From a bacterium (GTDB taxonomy: Bacteria; Electryoneota; Electryoneia; Electryoneales; Electryoneaceae): a stretch of 64,000 bases of DNA. A program made the position numbers and the translations under genes. Positions within the stretch are counted from its first letter, which is position 1. The number at the start of each line of letters is the position of its first letter. The DNA lies in NCBI GenBank assembly GCA_963669175.1, contig OY769902.1:2656001-2720000 (forward strand). Direction: 5' to 3'. Positions 1-11,229 of the stretch are shown piece by piece. The notes beneath the pieces are model-generated. The model saw only the letters and a list, made by a program, of their open reading frames with translations, made no database searches and was not told where the DNA came from.

Positions 1-376
1 ACATAATATGATGTAGAGGCAACAGGCTGACCTGTCGCGGGTCAGGATCGCCTGTAGGCAACAATGCTGTTCCTGTTTCCACAGCAATCCCAACCGCGCC
101 GGTGATGCCGGCATCCGTCTCAGCCAGTTTCTCCCGCCACGTTTCTATTCCTTTACCGGCTTTAGGCATACGCAGCATGCTGAGGCCGGAACCTTTCCAG
201 TCTTTAACCAGAAAAGCCTTTGACACAATTGTGTCATTGGATAGTGCCAGTGAAGTGATATGGTTCTGCTTGAAAACTTTTTCCAGCGTAGTATGAAGAT
301 TGTCTGCTTTGGTGACAACCAGGGTTGCATCCAGTTCAACCAGGACCTCACGAAGTTGAGTCAGTTTTTTATTCAT
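1..376 (-). CDS. lutC: LutC/YkgG LUD-domain lactate utilization protein (runs off window edge)
   Basis: Hand translation from ATG at 376: MNKKLTQLREVL...DAGITGAVGIAVETGT...RQVSLLPLHHI; overlaps the lutB stop. Missing from the ORF track because it has no stop in the window. Confidence 0.85.
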   Translation of the reverse strand, partial: MNKKLTQLREVLVELDATLVVTKADNLHTTLEKVFKQNHITSLALSNDTIVSKAFLVKDWKGSGLSMLRMPKAGKGIETWREKLAETDAGITGAVGIAVETGTALLPTGDPDPRQVSLLPLHHIM

Positions 377-1766
377 CGTCCGCACCCCCGTCTTTCCGGT
401 TTTCAAAGAGATCCCTGAACGCTTTGGGCGCCAGGGTGGGGCTGGTTCTTCCCGTTGACCAGCCTGGAACGGGGAAATCGCGTCCCGGCCAGAAACGTTG
501 AGCAGTTCTGGCTAACGCTGTAGCCTGCTCGTAACGGTTCGAATCGGACATCATGTATTTGAACAAACTCCAGATTTTTTGTTCCGAAGCCTTGCCCGGA
601 ATATTTTCAGTGATCCGCTTCCGTAAAAGCAGCATCAATTCCGGGAGCGGAATGGAGGCAGGGCATATCGCTTCACAGGCTCCGCAAAGGCTGCTGGCGA
701 AAGGATGATCGGGGGCTTCTTCCAGACCATATAGGGCCGGAGCCAGCACTTTCCCGATGGGGCCGGGATAAACGCCACCGTAAGGATGCCCGCCGAGCTG
801 CTGATATACCGGGCAGGTATTCAGACAGGCTCCGCAACGGATACAACGTAGAACCGGACGCAATTCTTCATCCGCATAGAGCGATTTACGTCCATTATCC
901 ACGATAATGACATGGACTTCACGTGGACCGACCGGGCCGGGCGCCGGGCCATGTGTCAGGTTGAGATAGACGGTTGTTTTCTGGCCCGTAGCGCTTCTTG
1001 CCAGGAATTGCCACAGCATGGACAGGTTTCCCAGGCTTTTCGTAACACGTTCCCATCCGAGCAGGGCGATAACCACTTTCGGCGTGGATGTAACCATCCT
1101 GCCATTGCCTTCATTGGTAACGGTTGCCAGGTGTCCGGTTTCCGCAACGGCAAAATTCACACCGCACATGCCTGCTTCTGAAGACAGGAATTCTTTTCTA
1201 AGTGTTTCACGAGCGATTTGAGTCAGTTCGGACGGGTCTTCGGTATATTCGATCCCCAGTTTTTCTGCGAAAAGCTGACCGATTTCCACACGTGTGAGGT
1301 GCATGGCCGGCATGGTAATATGACTGGGATGCTCGCCACGCAGTTGGACGATATATTCGCCCAGGTCCGTTTCAAAGGGGACGATCCCGTGCTGTTCCAG
1401 AAAAGGATTAATTTCGATTTCTTCGGATAGCATCGATTTCGATTTGAGGATTTTATTAATCCCGTGTCCCTGCAGAATATTCAGCACCGTTTCGCGTGCA
1501 GATTGGGCATCAACCGCTTCATGGGCGATGATGCCATTCGCAGCCCATTTCTCCCGCAGCTTTTCGTGTAATTCTTCCAGATGTTCGATGTCGTCAATAC
1601 GTTTTCGGGAAAGATCGGCGCGTTTTTCCTGGAAATCCGGCCATTCATCCTTCCTGAGGTTCCTGGCGCGAACCGCTTTGACAGTATTTTTCTTATAGGG
1701 GAGAGGACCGTCCGGTCGCTCTGCAATGACTGTTTTGATGTTCTTCTTGAAATCACGCATGCTCAT
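369..1766 (-). CDS. lutB: LutB/LldF L-lactate utilization iron-sulfur protein
   Basis: ETDLGEYI, PSHITMPA, NEGNGR, CIRCGACLNTCP and SSLCGACEAICP motifs. Confidence 0.93.
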   Translation of the reverse strand: MSMRDFKKNIKTVIAERPDGPLPYKKNTVKAVRARNLRKDEWPDFQEKRADLSRKRIDDIEHLEELHEKLREKWAANGIIAHEAVDAQSARETVLNILQGHGINKILKSKSMLSEEIEINPFLEQHGIVPFETDLGEYIVQLRGEHPSHITMPAMHLTRVEIGQLFAEKLGIEYTEDPSELTQIARETLRKEFLSSEAGMCGVNFAVAETGHLATVTNEGNGRMVTSTPKVVIALLGWERVTKSLGNLSMLWQFLARSATGQKTTVYLNLTHGPAPGPVGPREVHVIIVDNGRKSLYADEELRPVLRCIRCGACLNTCPVYQQLGGHPYGGVYPGPIGKVLAPALYGLEEAPDHPFASSLCGACEAICPASIPLPELMLLLRKRITENIPGKASEQKIWSLFKYMMSDSNRYEQATALARTAQRFWPGRDFPVPGWSTGRTSPTLAPKAFRDLFENRKDGGADDE

Positions 1767-2491
1767 GCGAGGAACTCCCCGCCGGCAAGAATGCGGGCGT
1801 AGTGCAAGGTTTTAATCGGAATGCGTTTCTTCTGCAACATCCCGGACAGATGCATCAGGCAGGAATCATCTGTCGCTGTGATCACATCAGCGCCCGTACG
1901 CAAAACTGCCTGGATTTTATCTTCACCCATGGATGTGGACAGCTCGGGAAACTTGGCCGAAAATGTTCCGCCGAAGCCACAACAGGCGTGTAAATCATCC
2001 GGCTCAACCAGGTCTATTCCTTTTACCTTCTGCAGCAAAGACCTTGGTTGATCATAGATTCCCAGCTCACGATACCCATGACAGGAAGTATGATACGCCA
2101 CTTTATGGTGAAAGGATGACTCAACGTCATTCCATCTCAGATGATCAACCAGGAATTCACTCAGTTCAAAGACCCGACTCTTCAGGCGCTCGTATTCTTC
2201 AGCAATGCTTTTGTCAAAATTCAGGGAAGCATAATGTTTCCTGACCATGGCAACACAGCTTGCGGAAGGAGCGACAACCGCTTCAGACTGGCTAAAAAGA
2301 CGGATGAATTTCTCTGCGAGAACCTGGGCATCTTTATGATACCCGGAATTGAAAGCAGGTTGACCACAACAGGTCTGCTCGCGGTTATAGCGGACCTTGC
2401 ACCCGGCTTTTTCCAGGAGATGGACTGTCGCCAGACCCGTCCTTGGAAACACCTGGTCAACAAAACAGGGAATGAATAGATCGATGGTCAA
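1763..2491 (-). CDS. lutA: LutA/YkgE CCG-domain Fe-S oxidoreductase
   Basis: LFIPCFVD, QTCCGQP, CCGFGGTFS; TTG start at 2491 with GAGG RBS preferred to the longer track ORF. Confidence 0.9.
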   Translation of the reverse strand: MTIDLFIPCFVDQVFPRTGLATVHLLEKAGCKVRYNREQTCCGQPAFNSGYHKDAQVLAEKFIRLFSQSEAVVAPSASCVAMVRKHYASLNFDKSIAEEYERLKSRVFELSEFLVDHLRWNDVESSFHHKVAYHTSCHGYRELGIYDQPRSLLQKVKGIDLVEPDDLHACCGFGGTFSAKFPELSTSMGEDKIQAVLRTGADVITATDDSCLMHLSGMLQKKRIPIKTLHYARILAGGEFLA

Positions 2492-2510
2492 GGCAGCCTC
2501 GTGTTGAGAA

Positions 2511-2537
2511 TAAAAAACCCGGGAAACCTCCCGGGTG
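2511..2537 (-). terminator. Intrinsic terminator after ugd
   Basis: ACCCGGGA-GGTT-TCCCGGGT followed by TTTTT on the minus strand. Confidence 0.75.
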
Positions 2538-2575
2538 TAAGATCGACTACACAAGCCCCATGATCAATAGCTATG

Positions 2576-3880
2576 TCAGTTTTTCCTGCCGATGCAAAAA
2601 TAGGTGAGACCCTTTTGAGCCATATAGATCGGATCATACAGGTTGCGTCCGTCGAAGACGACTTTGTCCTTCAGAATCGAAGCGATCCGTTCGAAGTCCG
2701 GTGAACGGAAATCGATCCATTCAGTCACCACTACCAGGGCATCCGCACCCTCAAGAGCCTGGTATTCATTGTCGGCAAAATCAATTTTATTGCCAAAAAT
2801 TCCACGAGCCACATCCATCGCAGCGGGATCGTAGGCAGCAACACTTGCTCCTGTCTCGAGAAGAGCATTGATCAGGACGATTGATGATGCCTCACGCATA
2901 TCATCCGTTTCAGGCTTGAAGGAAAGACCCCAGACAGCAATTCGTTTTCCGGCAATCTTGTCGCCATAGAAGGATTGCAGTTTCTGGAAAAGAACGCGCT
3001 TTTGTTTCTCGTTCACACTTTCTGTGGCGGAAATCAACTCCAGGTTCACACCGACTTCCTGTGCTGTGCGCAGGATTGCCTTGACATCCTTCGGGAAGCA
3101 GGAACCGCCATACCCAGCGCCGGCAAAGAGGAAATGCTTGCCAATACGTGGGTCCGAGCTTATCCCGCGCCTGATATCACGAATATCCGCGCCGACTTCC
3201 TCACACAAGCGTGACATTTCGTTCATGAAGGAAATCTTCATGGCGAGGAAGGAATTCGCAGTGTACTTGGTCAATTCTGCCGAGGGTACATCCATCACGA
3301 CAATCGGATGGCCCGTGCGAGTGAAAGGCTCATAAAGCCTCTCCATGATTTCAGTCGCCTTGGGATCATCGGAACCGATGACAACGCGATCCGGATAGAG
3401 GAAGTCGTTGATCGCGGCGCCCTCTTTCAGGAATTCCGGGTTGGACACAACCGCGAAATCATGATCCGTAAACTTCTTTATCGTTGCTGTAACCTTCGCT
3501 GCTGTCCCTACCGGGACAGTGCTTTTGTCCACCACAACCTTATAGCCGTTCATTGCCTGGCCGATGCCTTCTGCGACCGCCAGGACATGTTGCAGGTCAG
3601 CGCTTCCATCCTCATCAGGAGGAGTACCCACGGCAATCAGGATAACCTCTGCCTGTTGAATGGCATCGCTTAAACTTGTTGTAAAGAACAGGCGTTCTTT
3701 GCGAACCCCGTCACGCACCAGCGTTTCCAGACCGGGTTCATAAATCGGGATGTGACCCTGACGCAACTTTTCAATCTTGGCTTCATCAATATCTACACAG
3801 GTGACATGGTTACCTGTGGATGCGAAGCAGGCGCCGGCTACCAGGCCAACATACCCAGTTCCTACTACGGCCATCCGCAT
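2576..3880 (-). CDS. ugd: UDP-glucose/GDP-mannose 6-dehydrogenase
   Basis: GTGYVG Rossmann motif, NPEFLKEG, catalytic GGSCFPKD, FKPETDDMRE. Confidence 0.95.
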   Translation of the reverse strand: MRMAVVGTGYVGLVAGACFASTGNHVTCVDIDEAKIEKLRQGHIPIYEPGLETLVRDGVRKERLFFTTSLSDAIQQAEVILIAVGTPPDEDGSADLQHVLAVAEGIGQAMNGYKVVVDKSTVPVGTAAKVTATIKKFTDHDFAVVSNPEFLKEGAAINDFLYPDRVVIGSDDPKATEIMERLYEPFTRTGHPIVVMDVPSAELTKYTANSFLAMKISFMNEMSRLCEEVGADIRDIRRGISSDPRIGKHFLFAGAGYGGSCFPKDVKAILRTAQEVGVNLELISATESVNEKQKRVLFQKLQSFYGDKIAGKRIAVWGLSFKPETDDMREASSIVLINALLETGASVAAYDPAAMDVARGIFGNKIDFADNEYQALEGADALVVVTEWIDFRSPDFERIASILKDKVVFDGRNLYDPIYMAQKGLTYFCIGRKN

Positions 3881-4114
3881 GAGATGTTTCCTTATCTGGC
3901 TTGACTTTGTGACTCAACATGACACTGAAACCCAACTTAACTCCACTTGGTTCCAGATGCCAAACTAGGTTCATACTGTTGCCTCATCATTTGCAAACTG
4001 TTCCGCTTTTATTGGATTCAGCGGAGGCGATGAGGTAACAGCTTGATATTCTTAATGGATATGAAACCTGCTCTGAGAAGATTATGGTTAGCAGCAATAT
4101 CTCGATATGTCAGG

Positions 4115-4915
4115 TTAATGTGAAGAGTTGTGCAGCAGACCTACGAGATCGGAAGAAGAGGCTGCGTCGAAAGGTGTACCGGAAAAGTCTCCATAATAAT
4201 GCTTGATAGAAAAACCAGCCTCAGAAGCTGCCTGCTCCAGCTCAAGCTTGCGCCAGGGGTGCAATTCTGTCGAATAGATCGAATGCATCCATCGCTGGCC
4301 AACACGTTGAAAATGGACAATATTGAAGCGAACATGATCTTCTTCGAAGTCGTTGAACCTGAAGAAAATCTGTTCTGAATCAGCTTCCCGGAATGTCGTG
4401 GGAAACTGGAACCGGTCTTTTTCTTCCATTAAGCGATCATAGTTTCTATTCTGAAATACGAATACACCATCCGGTTTGAGAATACTGGAGATATTCGACA
4501 GCGCCAAAACGAGTTGATCCCTGTTTGCCAGGTGCGGGAGGGAGTTTCCCAGGGCAACAACCGCATCAAACGGACCATCGACAAGTGAAGGGAATGAAAG
4601 GAAATCCGCCTCAACAAAATCAATGGTGCCACTTCCGTCTGTTGTTTGTTCTTTTTGCGTAAACAGGGGAAGCCCGTCTTTTCCTTCGCCACGAGCGATG
4701 CGCAGCATGGCGGGGGAGGGGTCTACAGCAACTACATCGCATCCCCATTTCTGGAAAAGCTTGCTGTGATGACCGGTTCCACAGCCAAGATCGAGCACGC
4801 GTTTGATTCGTTTTTCGCTGAAGAGACGCTGGAAAAAAGGCGCTTCACGTTCAAGACGCTGCTTCCAGCGAATCATCAAGTCATATTTCTCGTCAAGCGA
4901 ATCGTACATGGACAT
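4115..4915 (-). CDS. Class I SAM-dependent methyltransferase (glycine/sarcosine N-methyltransferase-like)
   Basis: VLDLGCGTG motif I, FDAVVALGNSLPHL, RNYD. Confidence 0.85.
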   Translation of the reverse strand: MSMYDSLDEKYDLMIRWKQRLEREAPFFQRLFSEKRIKRVLDLGCGTGHHSKLFQKWGCDVVAVDPSPAMLRIARGEGKDGLPLFTQKEQTTDGSGTIDFVEADFLSFPSLVDGPFDAVVALGNSLPHLANRDQLVLALSNISSILKPDGVFVFQNRNYDRLMEEKDRFQFPTTFREADSEQIFFRFNDFEEDHVRFNIVHFQRVGQRWMHSIYSTELHPWRKLELEQAASEAGFSIKHYYGDFSGTPFDAASSSDLVGLLHNSSH

Positions 4916-4922
4916 CGTGGCT

Positions 4923-5276
4923 TCAATCCTTCTGCATCACATCTGCGGAATCGTCAACCGTCTCGTATTGGATTCGGAGCACGGTCTCTCCCGGTTTCTG
5001 CATTCCCATCCGCCGGGCTTCCTCTTCAATAACTGTAGCGTCTTTCTCTTCCAGTAGCTGAATCTGCTGTTCAAGCTCTGCCTTTTCACTTTGCAGGCGG
5101 CTGATTTCAGTATTCAACTGATCATTTTCACTTTTTAATTCGAGCACACGAATAATACCACCTTCGCGCCCGAAAATGATATAGATGCCCAACAGGATCA
5201 ACGCTATCAACGTAATGCGCGGCCACCAGCGTTGAACCTGTTGAGCAACAAGCGAAGCCTTGTTTCGATCAGCCAT
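4923..5276 (-). CDS. ftsB: Septum formation initiator FtsB/DivIC family
   Basis: One TM helix, coiled coil, IEEEARRMGMQKPGE; typical position after eno. Confidence 0.8.
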   Translation of the reverse strand: MADRNKASLVAQQVQRWWPRITLIALILLGIYIIFGREGGIIRVLELKSENDQLNTEISRLQSEKAELEQQIQLLEEKDATVIEEEARRMGMQKPGETVLRIQYETVDDSADVMQKD

Positions 5277-5305
5277 AGATCGATCAGCGCTTTTGTGTCA
5301 GGATG

Positions 5306-6622
<1,317 letters not shown>

Positions 6623-6680
6623 TCATCCAATACTGGAAAACTCCAGACTTGAATGTACAACATGTTTTGTGATCATAAAA

Positions 6681-6705
6681 CAAACCCGGCTCAATTGAAG
6701 CCGGG
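6681..6705 (-). terminator. Probable terminator hairpin upstream of eno
   Basis: CCCGGCT...AGCCGGG followed by a T-rich tract on the minus strand. Confidence 0.5.
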
Positions 6706-6769
6706 AGGAAAGAACGTACTGAACCTTACACTTCAGTCAACAAAATCCGTGTACACATAAGGGTTTTGC

Positions 6770-7138
6770 TTACCACTCGTCATCCGCATCCGGATCAAAA
6801 ATCATTTGGTCGTCATCAGGCGGGGCGATACCCTGCTGAATCTCGAGAGCTAAATCGTAATGTGATTCAGGAACATACAGGATGGCGCCGCCGCCGTAAT
6901 ACTCCGAACCGGAGGCCAGGTCTGCCGAGATATAACAGGGAATCTCAGCCTCATCCAGAGCGTCTCTGACTTTTACAGCATGCACCAATTCTGACAGCGG
7001 ATCGAGTTCAACCCACTCATTGGAATCCACATCATCGAACATCTCTTCCACTGTCCCCTCAATGAGAGGACCGCCACAGACGACACATTCTTCGATTTCG
7101 TCTTCGTACTCAATGCGATCCTGAGGACAATAGCCCAT
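6770..7138 (-). CDS. Small acidic protein, N-terminal Zn-ribbon-like segment plus DUF2007-like domain
   Basis: YCPQD...CVVCG, then L..AEIPC...ILYVPE pattern; GGAG RBS. Confidence 0.6.
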   Translation of the reverse strand: MGYCPQDRIEYEDEIEECVVCGGPLIEGTVEEMFDDVDSNEWVELDPLSELVHAVKVRDALDEAEIPCYISADLASGSEYYGGGAILYVPESHYDLALEIQQGIAPPDDDQMIFDPDADDEW

Positions 7139-7165
7139 ACGTGATCACTCCTTAACAGTCTCAGG

Positions 7166-9322
7166 TTACAACTTCACCTGTAATGGTGAATCCTTAACCG
7201 GCCATCTACCTTTACCGATGTTCTCGCCGGAAGCGAACACCAGGTAACCATATTTTCCGTAATGCGGTAGTTTTCTTCCCAACATTCCCAACGCGTCCGG
7301 CGAATCTGCCCAGATATTCAGATGCACCAGCGTCAGGTTACTCTGATCACGGGATGCGTATACAAAGGCCAATCCGTGGTCCGCTTCAGCATCATTCAAC
7401 ATCGAACTCTGCAATTCCGGATCTACATCTTTGCCCAGCAGCAGCAATGATTTGCCTGCAAGCATGTCCGGAGACGCTTCCGATTCCAGAAGAACAGAGG
7501 CATTGCCACGCCGGTTAAACGATGCCGCCAAAGCACGGTACGCATCGATCATTTCCGGTTGTGTGTCCGAGATCAAGATCACCGGGTTCTCGGAACCATA
7601 AAAACCGGCCAGTGTCGGCGATGCTTCCCGTGGATCCAGGACACGGAAAATCTGCATGTCCGGATCAACTTCCACCAGTGTCGGTCTCGAACTGGTCGGA
7701 ATGCGCGCATGGTACAACGAGCCCTCGGCATTATGCAAGATCATCGCGCTACTTGTTCCATCGGAGAAGGAGATACGTACCGGCACGTCCAGACGGTATG
7801 ACGGCCCCTCCTGAACCTGCTTTAAATCAAAGGTTACCAGATAATTACCGCCATTTTTTTCTGCCTTTACATTCGCGATTTCCAGTTTCGGGGCTCCAGT
7901 GCGCTCTACCCACTGGCGCTTGAACCAGTCCAGGGATTCTCCACTGGCTCTGCTGAATGCGTCAAAGAAATCACTCCATTCAGCTTTCTGGAAGCTCATA
8001 TTCGCATAGACATTGCGCAAGGCTGACCAGAAAGCGTCATCGCCGATCCGCTGACGCACCATGTGGAATACCATCATGGCTTTACCATACCCGATGGTAC
8101 GTGTACCGGCCGTTGTCCGGGAAGTAAACTCGGTCAGCGGGAAATCTTCCTCGTCACCGACAGCGATATATTCCGTATAATCACTGTTCACGTCGAGTCG
8201 GTATTCACGCGCCGCTTCCGGGCTCTCATCCGCCTTGTAAGCATAGTCCGCGCAATAGACCGTTATTCCTTCACACCAGTTGCCGGTGGCATAATCGACA
8301 TAGACACCGTTACCCCACCAGTTGTGGCAGATCTCGTGGCCGAAACTGATGTAGATGATAAACGGCAGGCGTAGTACCTGGGAACCGAGCAGGGTGTAGG
8401 TCGGCATGCCGTAACCAGTCGGGAACCAGTTCTCTACGGTCGAAAAGCGGCTGAAGGCGTATTGACCAAGCTGCTCGTTATATCGCTTCAGGTAGCGTTC
8501 CGTGGCGCCCAGGTACCTTTCCACCAGGTCTTCACCGCCTGGGTAATAGTACATGGCGATTTCAATACCGTCCACTTCGCGGCTGGCCAGTTTGTACGGA
8601 CCGGCTACGATATAGGTGCCATCTATCGGATGCTCGCTGTCGAAAGTGACAGAGGTATCAGTTTTCTTGACAATCTTTCCCTCGGCAATGGCTTCCCAAT
8701 CTTCAGGGTGATGGATAGTGGATGTAAAGTGATGGATGTCATCATCCGCCGGGAAGCGTGGATAAAAACCACTCATTGGGGTCAGGAAAGCTCCCTTTTC
8801 CGAAATCAGGCCAGTCGTTTCATCGGCGATTTCCCAGCGTGAGAACGAGGCCACTTCCACATCATCGTAGATCTCACCTTTATAAGACATCTGAACATTG
8901 ACTTCTTCGGGACCGGCACCCTTCTGGAAAGGGACAGCAAAGAGCGCTACCATGTCCGGATCTTCAATAGCGCCACCGTCATGATCCAGACGACTCATCC
9001 ACAGGTTCAGAATCTCTCCGCTGGCGACCTTTGCCGGGCGACCAGACATGCCATCAGCCTGGATAATGTCCACGACCAGTTTATTGTTCAGCAGGAAAAA
9101 CAGAGTGTCTGATGATCCACGTTTCCAGGTAAATGCGGCATCCATCTGCAACTGGTGTGCTGCAGGATCAAGTGTCATGGATAGCTGGATATCGCCAACC
9201 TGCCCCGTATACGACGGTTTTTCCGTATTCTGGGTGGACAAGCCGCATATCACCCAACTACCTGCGAGGAGGCCAACCAGTAAAATGATGATGCCAACGA
9301 ACAGCCCGCCTTTGTTTTCCAT
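7166..9322 (-). CDS. Secreted or membrane-anchored M1-family zinc aminopeptidase
   Basis: HEICHNWWGN...WCEG (HExxH...E), YGKAMMVFHM, N-terminal hydrophobic helix. Confidence 0.85.
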   Translation of the reverse strand: MENKGGLFVGIIILLVGLLAGSWVICGLSTQNTEKPSYTGQVGDIQLSMTLDPAAHQLQMDAAFTWKRGSSDTLFFLLNNKLVVDIIQADGMSGRPAKVASGEILNLWMSRLDHDGGAIEDPDMVALFAVPFQKGAGPEEVNVQMSYKGEIYDDVEVASFSRWEIADETTGLISEKGAFLTPMSGFYPRFPADDDIHHFTSTIHHPEDWEAIAEGKIVKKTDTSVTFDSEHPIDGTYIVAGPYKLASREVDGIEIAMYYYPGGEDLVERYLGATERYLKRYNEQLGQYAFSRFSTVENWFPTGYGMPTYTLLGSQVLRLPFIIYISFGHEICHNWWGNGVYVDYATGNWCEGITVYCADYAYKADESPEAAREYRLDVNSDYTEYIAVGDEEDFPLTEFTSRTTAGTRTIGYGKAMMVFHMVRQRIGDDAFWSALRNVYANMSFQKAEWSDFFDAFSRASGESLDWFKRQWVERTGAPKLEIANVKAEKNGGNYLVTFDLKQVQEGPSYRLDVPVRISFSDGTSSAMILHNAEGSLYHARIPTSSRPTLVEVDPDMQIFRVLDPREASPTLAGFYGSENPVILISDTQPEMIDAYRALAASFNRRGNASVLLESEASPDMLAGKSLLLLGKDVDPELQSSMLNDAEADHGLAFVYASRDQSNLTLVHLNIWADSPDALGMLGRKLPHYGKYGYLVFASGENIGKGRWPVKDSPLQVKL

Positions 9323-9341
9323 GGCGTTCCTTTCATCCGTA

Positions 9342-10109
9342 TCAGAAAATGAGCATCAACCCAATGGCCCCCGTCGCACCGGCAATGGTACAGATCAGGT
9401 TGATGGCATTGTTATCTATCCATGCAACGCCCTGTACAAGGCGTTGTTCCGAAGTTCCTGGCTGCTTGTGCTCAGTAATAGAGCCGTCGGAGTTTTCCCA
9501 GACTCCCTGCACCCAGGCTCCTGCAAGGCTGTCGATTAACCCTCCCCATGCGCCAGCCAGAAAAATGAGAATCGTTTCTTTGCCGGATAGAATGTCCACG
9601 GCAAAACTGGCTAACGCTACAGAAGCAGCGCCCGAAAGCGATGCAACTGTTCCAACAAAACTTATCGCACCGGAACGTCCCGGTTCACTTTGCCGAAAAG
9701 TGCGTAATGAAAGCGGATGTCCGCCTAAAGGACGACCCCATTCTGTAGACCATGTATCCGCTGCAGCCGCCGCAAATGATCCGGTGACAATCAATCGCCC
9801 GATGTCAGCAAAACCCAACAAGGCGAGAATGCCACCCAAAGCCGCAACACCGCCATTGGCCAGCACTTGCCAACTGTTCCGTGGCGCTTTCTTTCTGTCG
9901 GCGCCGCCGGGCCAGCGAGTCCATACACTCGACAGAACAAAGAATGTAACAGCGGGCACCAGCCATATATAACCACCACCGGCGATCAGGATCAGGGCCA
10001 TGAATACGGTCACCAATGAGCCACCTGCAGTCAACGCGCGACTCCAGGTCAAAACGGCTACAGCTCCTGTACCGCCGATAATTGCTATGACAAGCTGTTG
10101 GAATTCCAT
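9342..10109 (-). CDS. DUF92 (TMEM19-like) membrane protein
   Basis: RNSWQVLANGG, ADTWSTEWG, GRSGAIS, DSLAGA, NNAIN. Confidence 0.85.
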   Translation of the reverse strand: MEFQQLVIAIIGGTGAVAVLTWSRALTAGGSLVTVFMALILIAGGGYIWLVPAVTFFVLSSVWTRWPGGADRKKAPRNSWQVLANGGVAALGGILALLGFADIGRLIVTGSFAAAAADTWSTEWGRPLGGHPLSLRTFRQSEPGRSGAISFVGTVASLSGAASVALASFAVDILSGKETILIFLAGAWGGLIDSLAGAWVQGVWENSDGSITEHKQPGTSEQRLVQGVAWIDNNAINLICTIAGATGAIGLMLIF

Positions 10110-10188
10110 TGGCGTATGGGTCTCGCTGTCAATCGAGGGGAACATACACCCTGATGTGCCCCCGGTCAACGGGAGAGCAAAAGAAATG

Positions 10189-10218
10189 CAAAAGCCCGGT
10201 GACAAGTCGCACCGGGCT
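10189..10218 (-). terminator. Intrinsic terminator
   Basis: AGCCCGGTG...CACCGGGCT with flanking A/T runs. Confidence 0.7.
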
Positions 10219-10244
10219 GAAAAGTCCAAGTCTTTTGGATTCTT

Positions 10245-11129
10245 CTACTTCCTGTACTGCGGTTTCGTGAAATAGCCAAAATCAAGTGAGAATTGTGTGC
10301 TAAGGCCAGCAGGGGCCGGAGGGAAACGCCATCCCTCAATACGACTTTGCACGCAGTATTCCACCTTTTCACCATTATACTTGTCGTTCCATTCATGTTC
10401 GACAAATTCCACATCTTCAACATAACCGTCCGCCCTGACCGTGAATCGAATGGATACACGTCCGGCCAGCTCCAGGTTTCTGTCATGATAGGACAGGTAA
10501 CATTTCTGCAATTCAGGCTGTTCTGTCGTGACCATTTGTCTGATCGCCTGCTGACGAATCAGTTTCCAGTCATTTGGTTGAACCGGAGCCACTGGGGCTG
10601 GAGCTTCTGATGCGACTTGTCCGCCACCGGGTTTCTGGCCTGGCTTCTTTGTCAAACCAGCGCTGATCAACAATTCACGCATGTCGTCCGGAGTAATAGG
10701 CGCAACCGGGAAACACTCCGTAGAATCTGTGACTTTAAAATCAGCAAAGTTGCTTTCTACTGTACCGACTTGCATGGAGTCTTCCTGTATCGCCAGGATA
10801 CGGAAAACATGTTCACGTGCGTCGAAACCGGGATTGTCCGCCTGGGAAAACCAAATGATTTCTTTTCCCTGGCCCGGGAGGATGTCCTCGCCAAGATCAC
10901 GGATGGCGCTCCTGGGATGAATCTGGAACGCGCCACCGCCATCCTGAGATACTTCCAGGGAGATTGTGAAGTCACCACCGCCGAAAAGATCATAACGCAC
11001 CAACACCAGGCCGGTAGGTGTCTGGCATACCACGACATTGGCAATATCAACAGCGAACGCTGTCCCGAACGACAGAAGGAGTAGCAGAATTGCCCAAAGA
11101 CTGATGTGTTTTGTCACCTTTTTCCCCAT
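10245..11129 (-). CDS. Exported protein with AgmX/PglI (TonB-C-like) C-terminal domain
   Basis: Signal peptide; LQKCY...LAGRVSIRFTVRADG.V...CV...WRFP pattern. Confidence 0.7.
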   Translation of the reverse strand: MGKKVTKHISLWAILLLLLSFGTAFAVDIANVVVCQTPTGLVLVRYDLFGGGDFTISLEVSQDGGGAFQIHPRSAIRDLGEDILPGQGKEIIWFSQADNPGFDAREHVFRILAIQEDSMQVGTVESNFADFKVTDSTECFPVAPITPDDMRELLISAGLTKKPGQKPGGGQVASEAPAPVAPVQPNDWKLIRQQAIRQMVTTEQPELQKCYLSYHDRNLELAGRVSIRFTVRADGYVEDVEFVEHEWNDKYNGEKVEYCVQSRIEGWRFPPAPAGLSTQFSLDFGYFTKPQYRK

Positions 11130-11229
11130 GCGATTCCCCCAGGTACTCCAGAAGGATAATTGCCTTTGCTATTCAAACACCTGTCAACTCAAACAGCATC
11201 AAGAGGCAATGCGAAGAATATACAAAGGT

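Noticed and set aside
6663-6682. Palindrome TGTTTTGTGATCATAAAACA upstream of eno
   Set aside because: It is a single AT-rich instance next to a terminator tail and cannot be assigned to a regulator.
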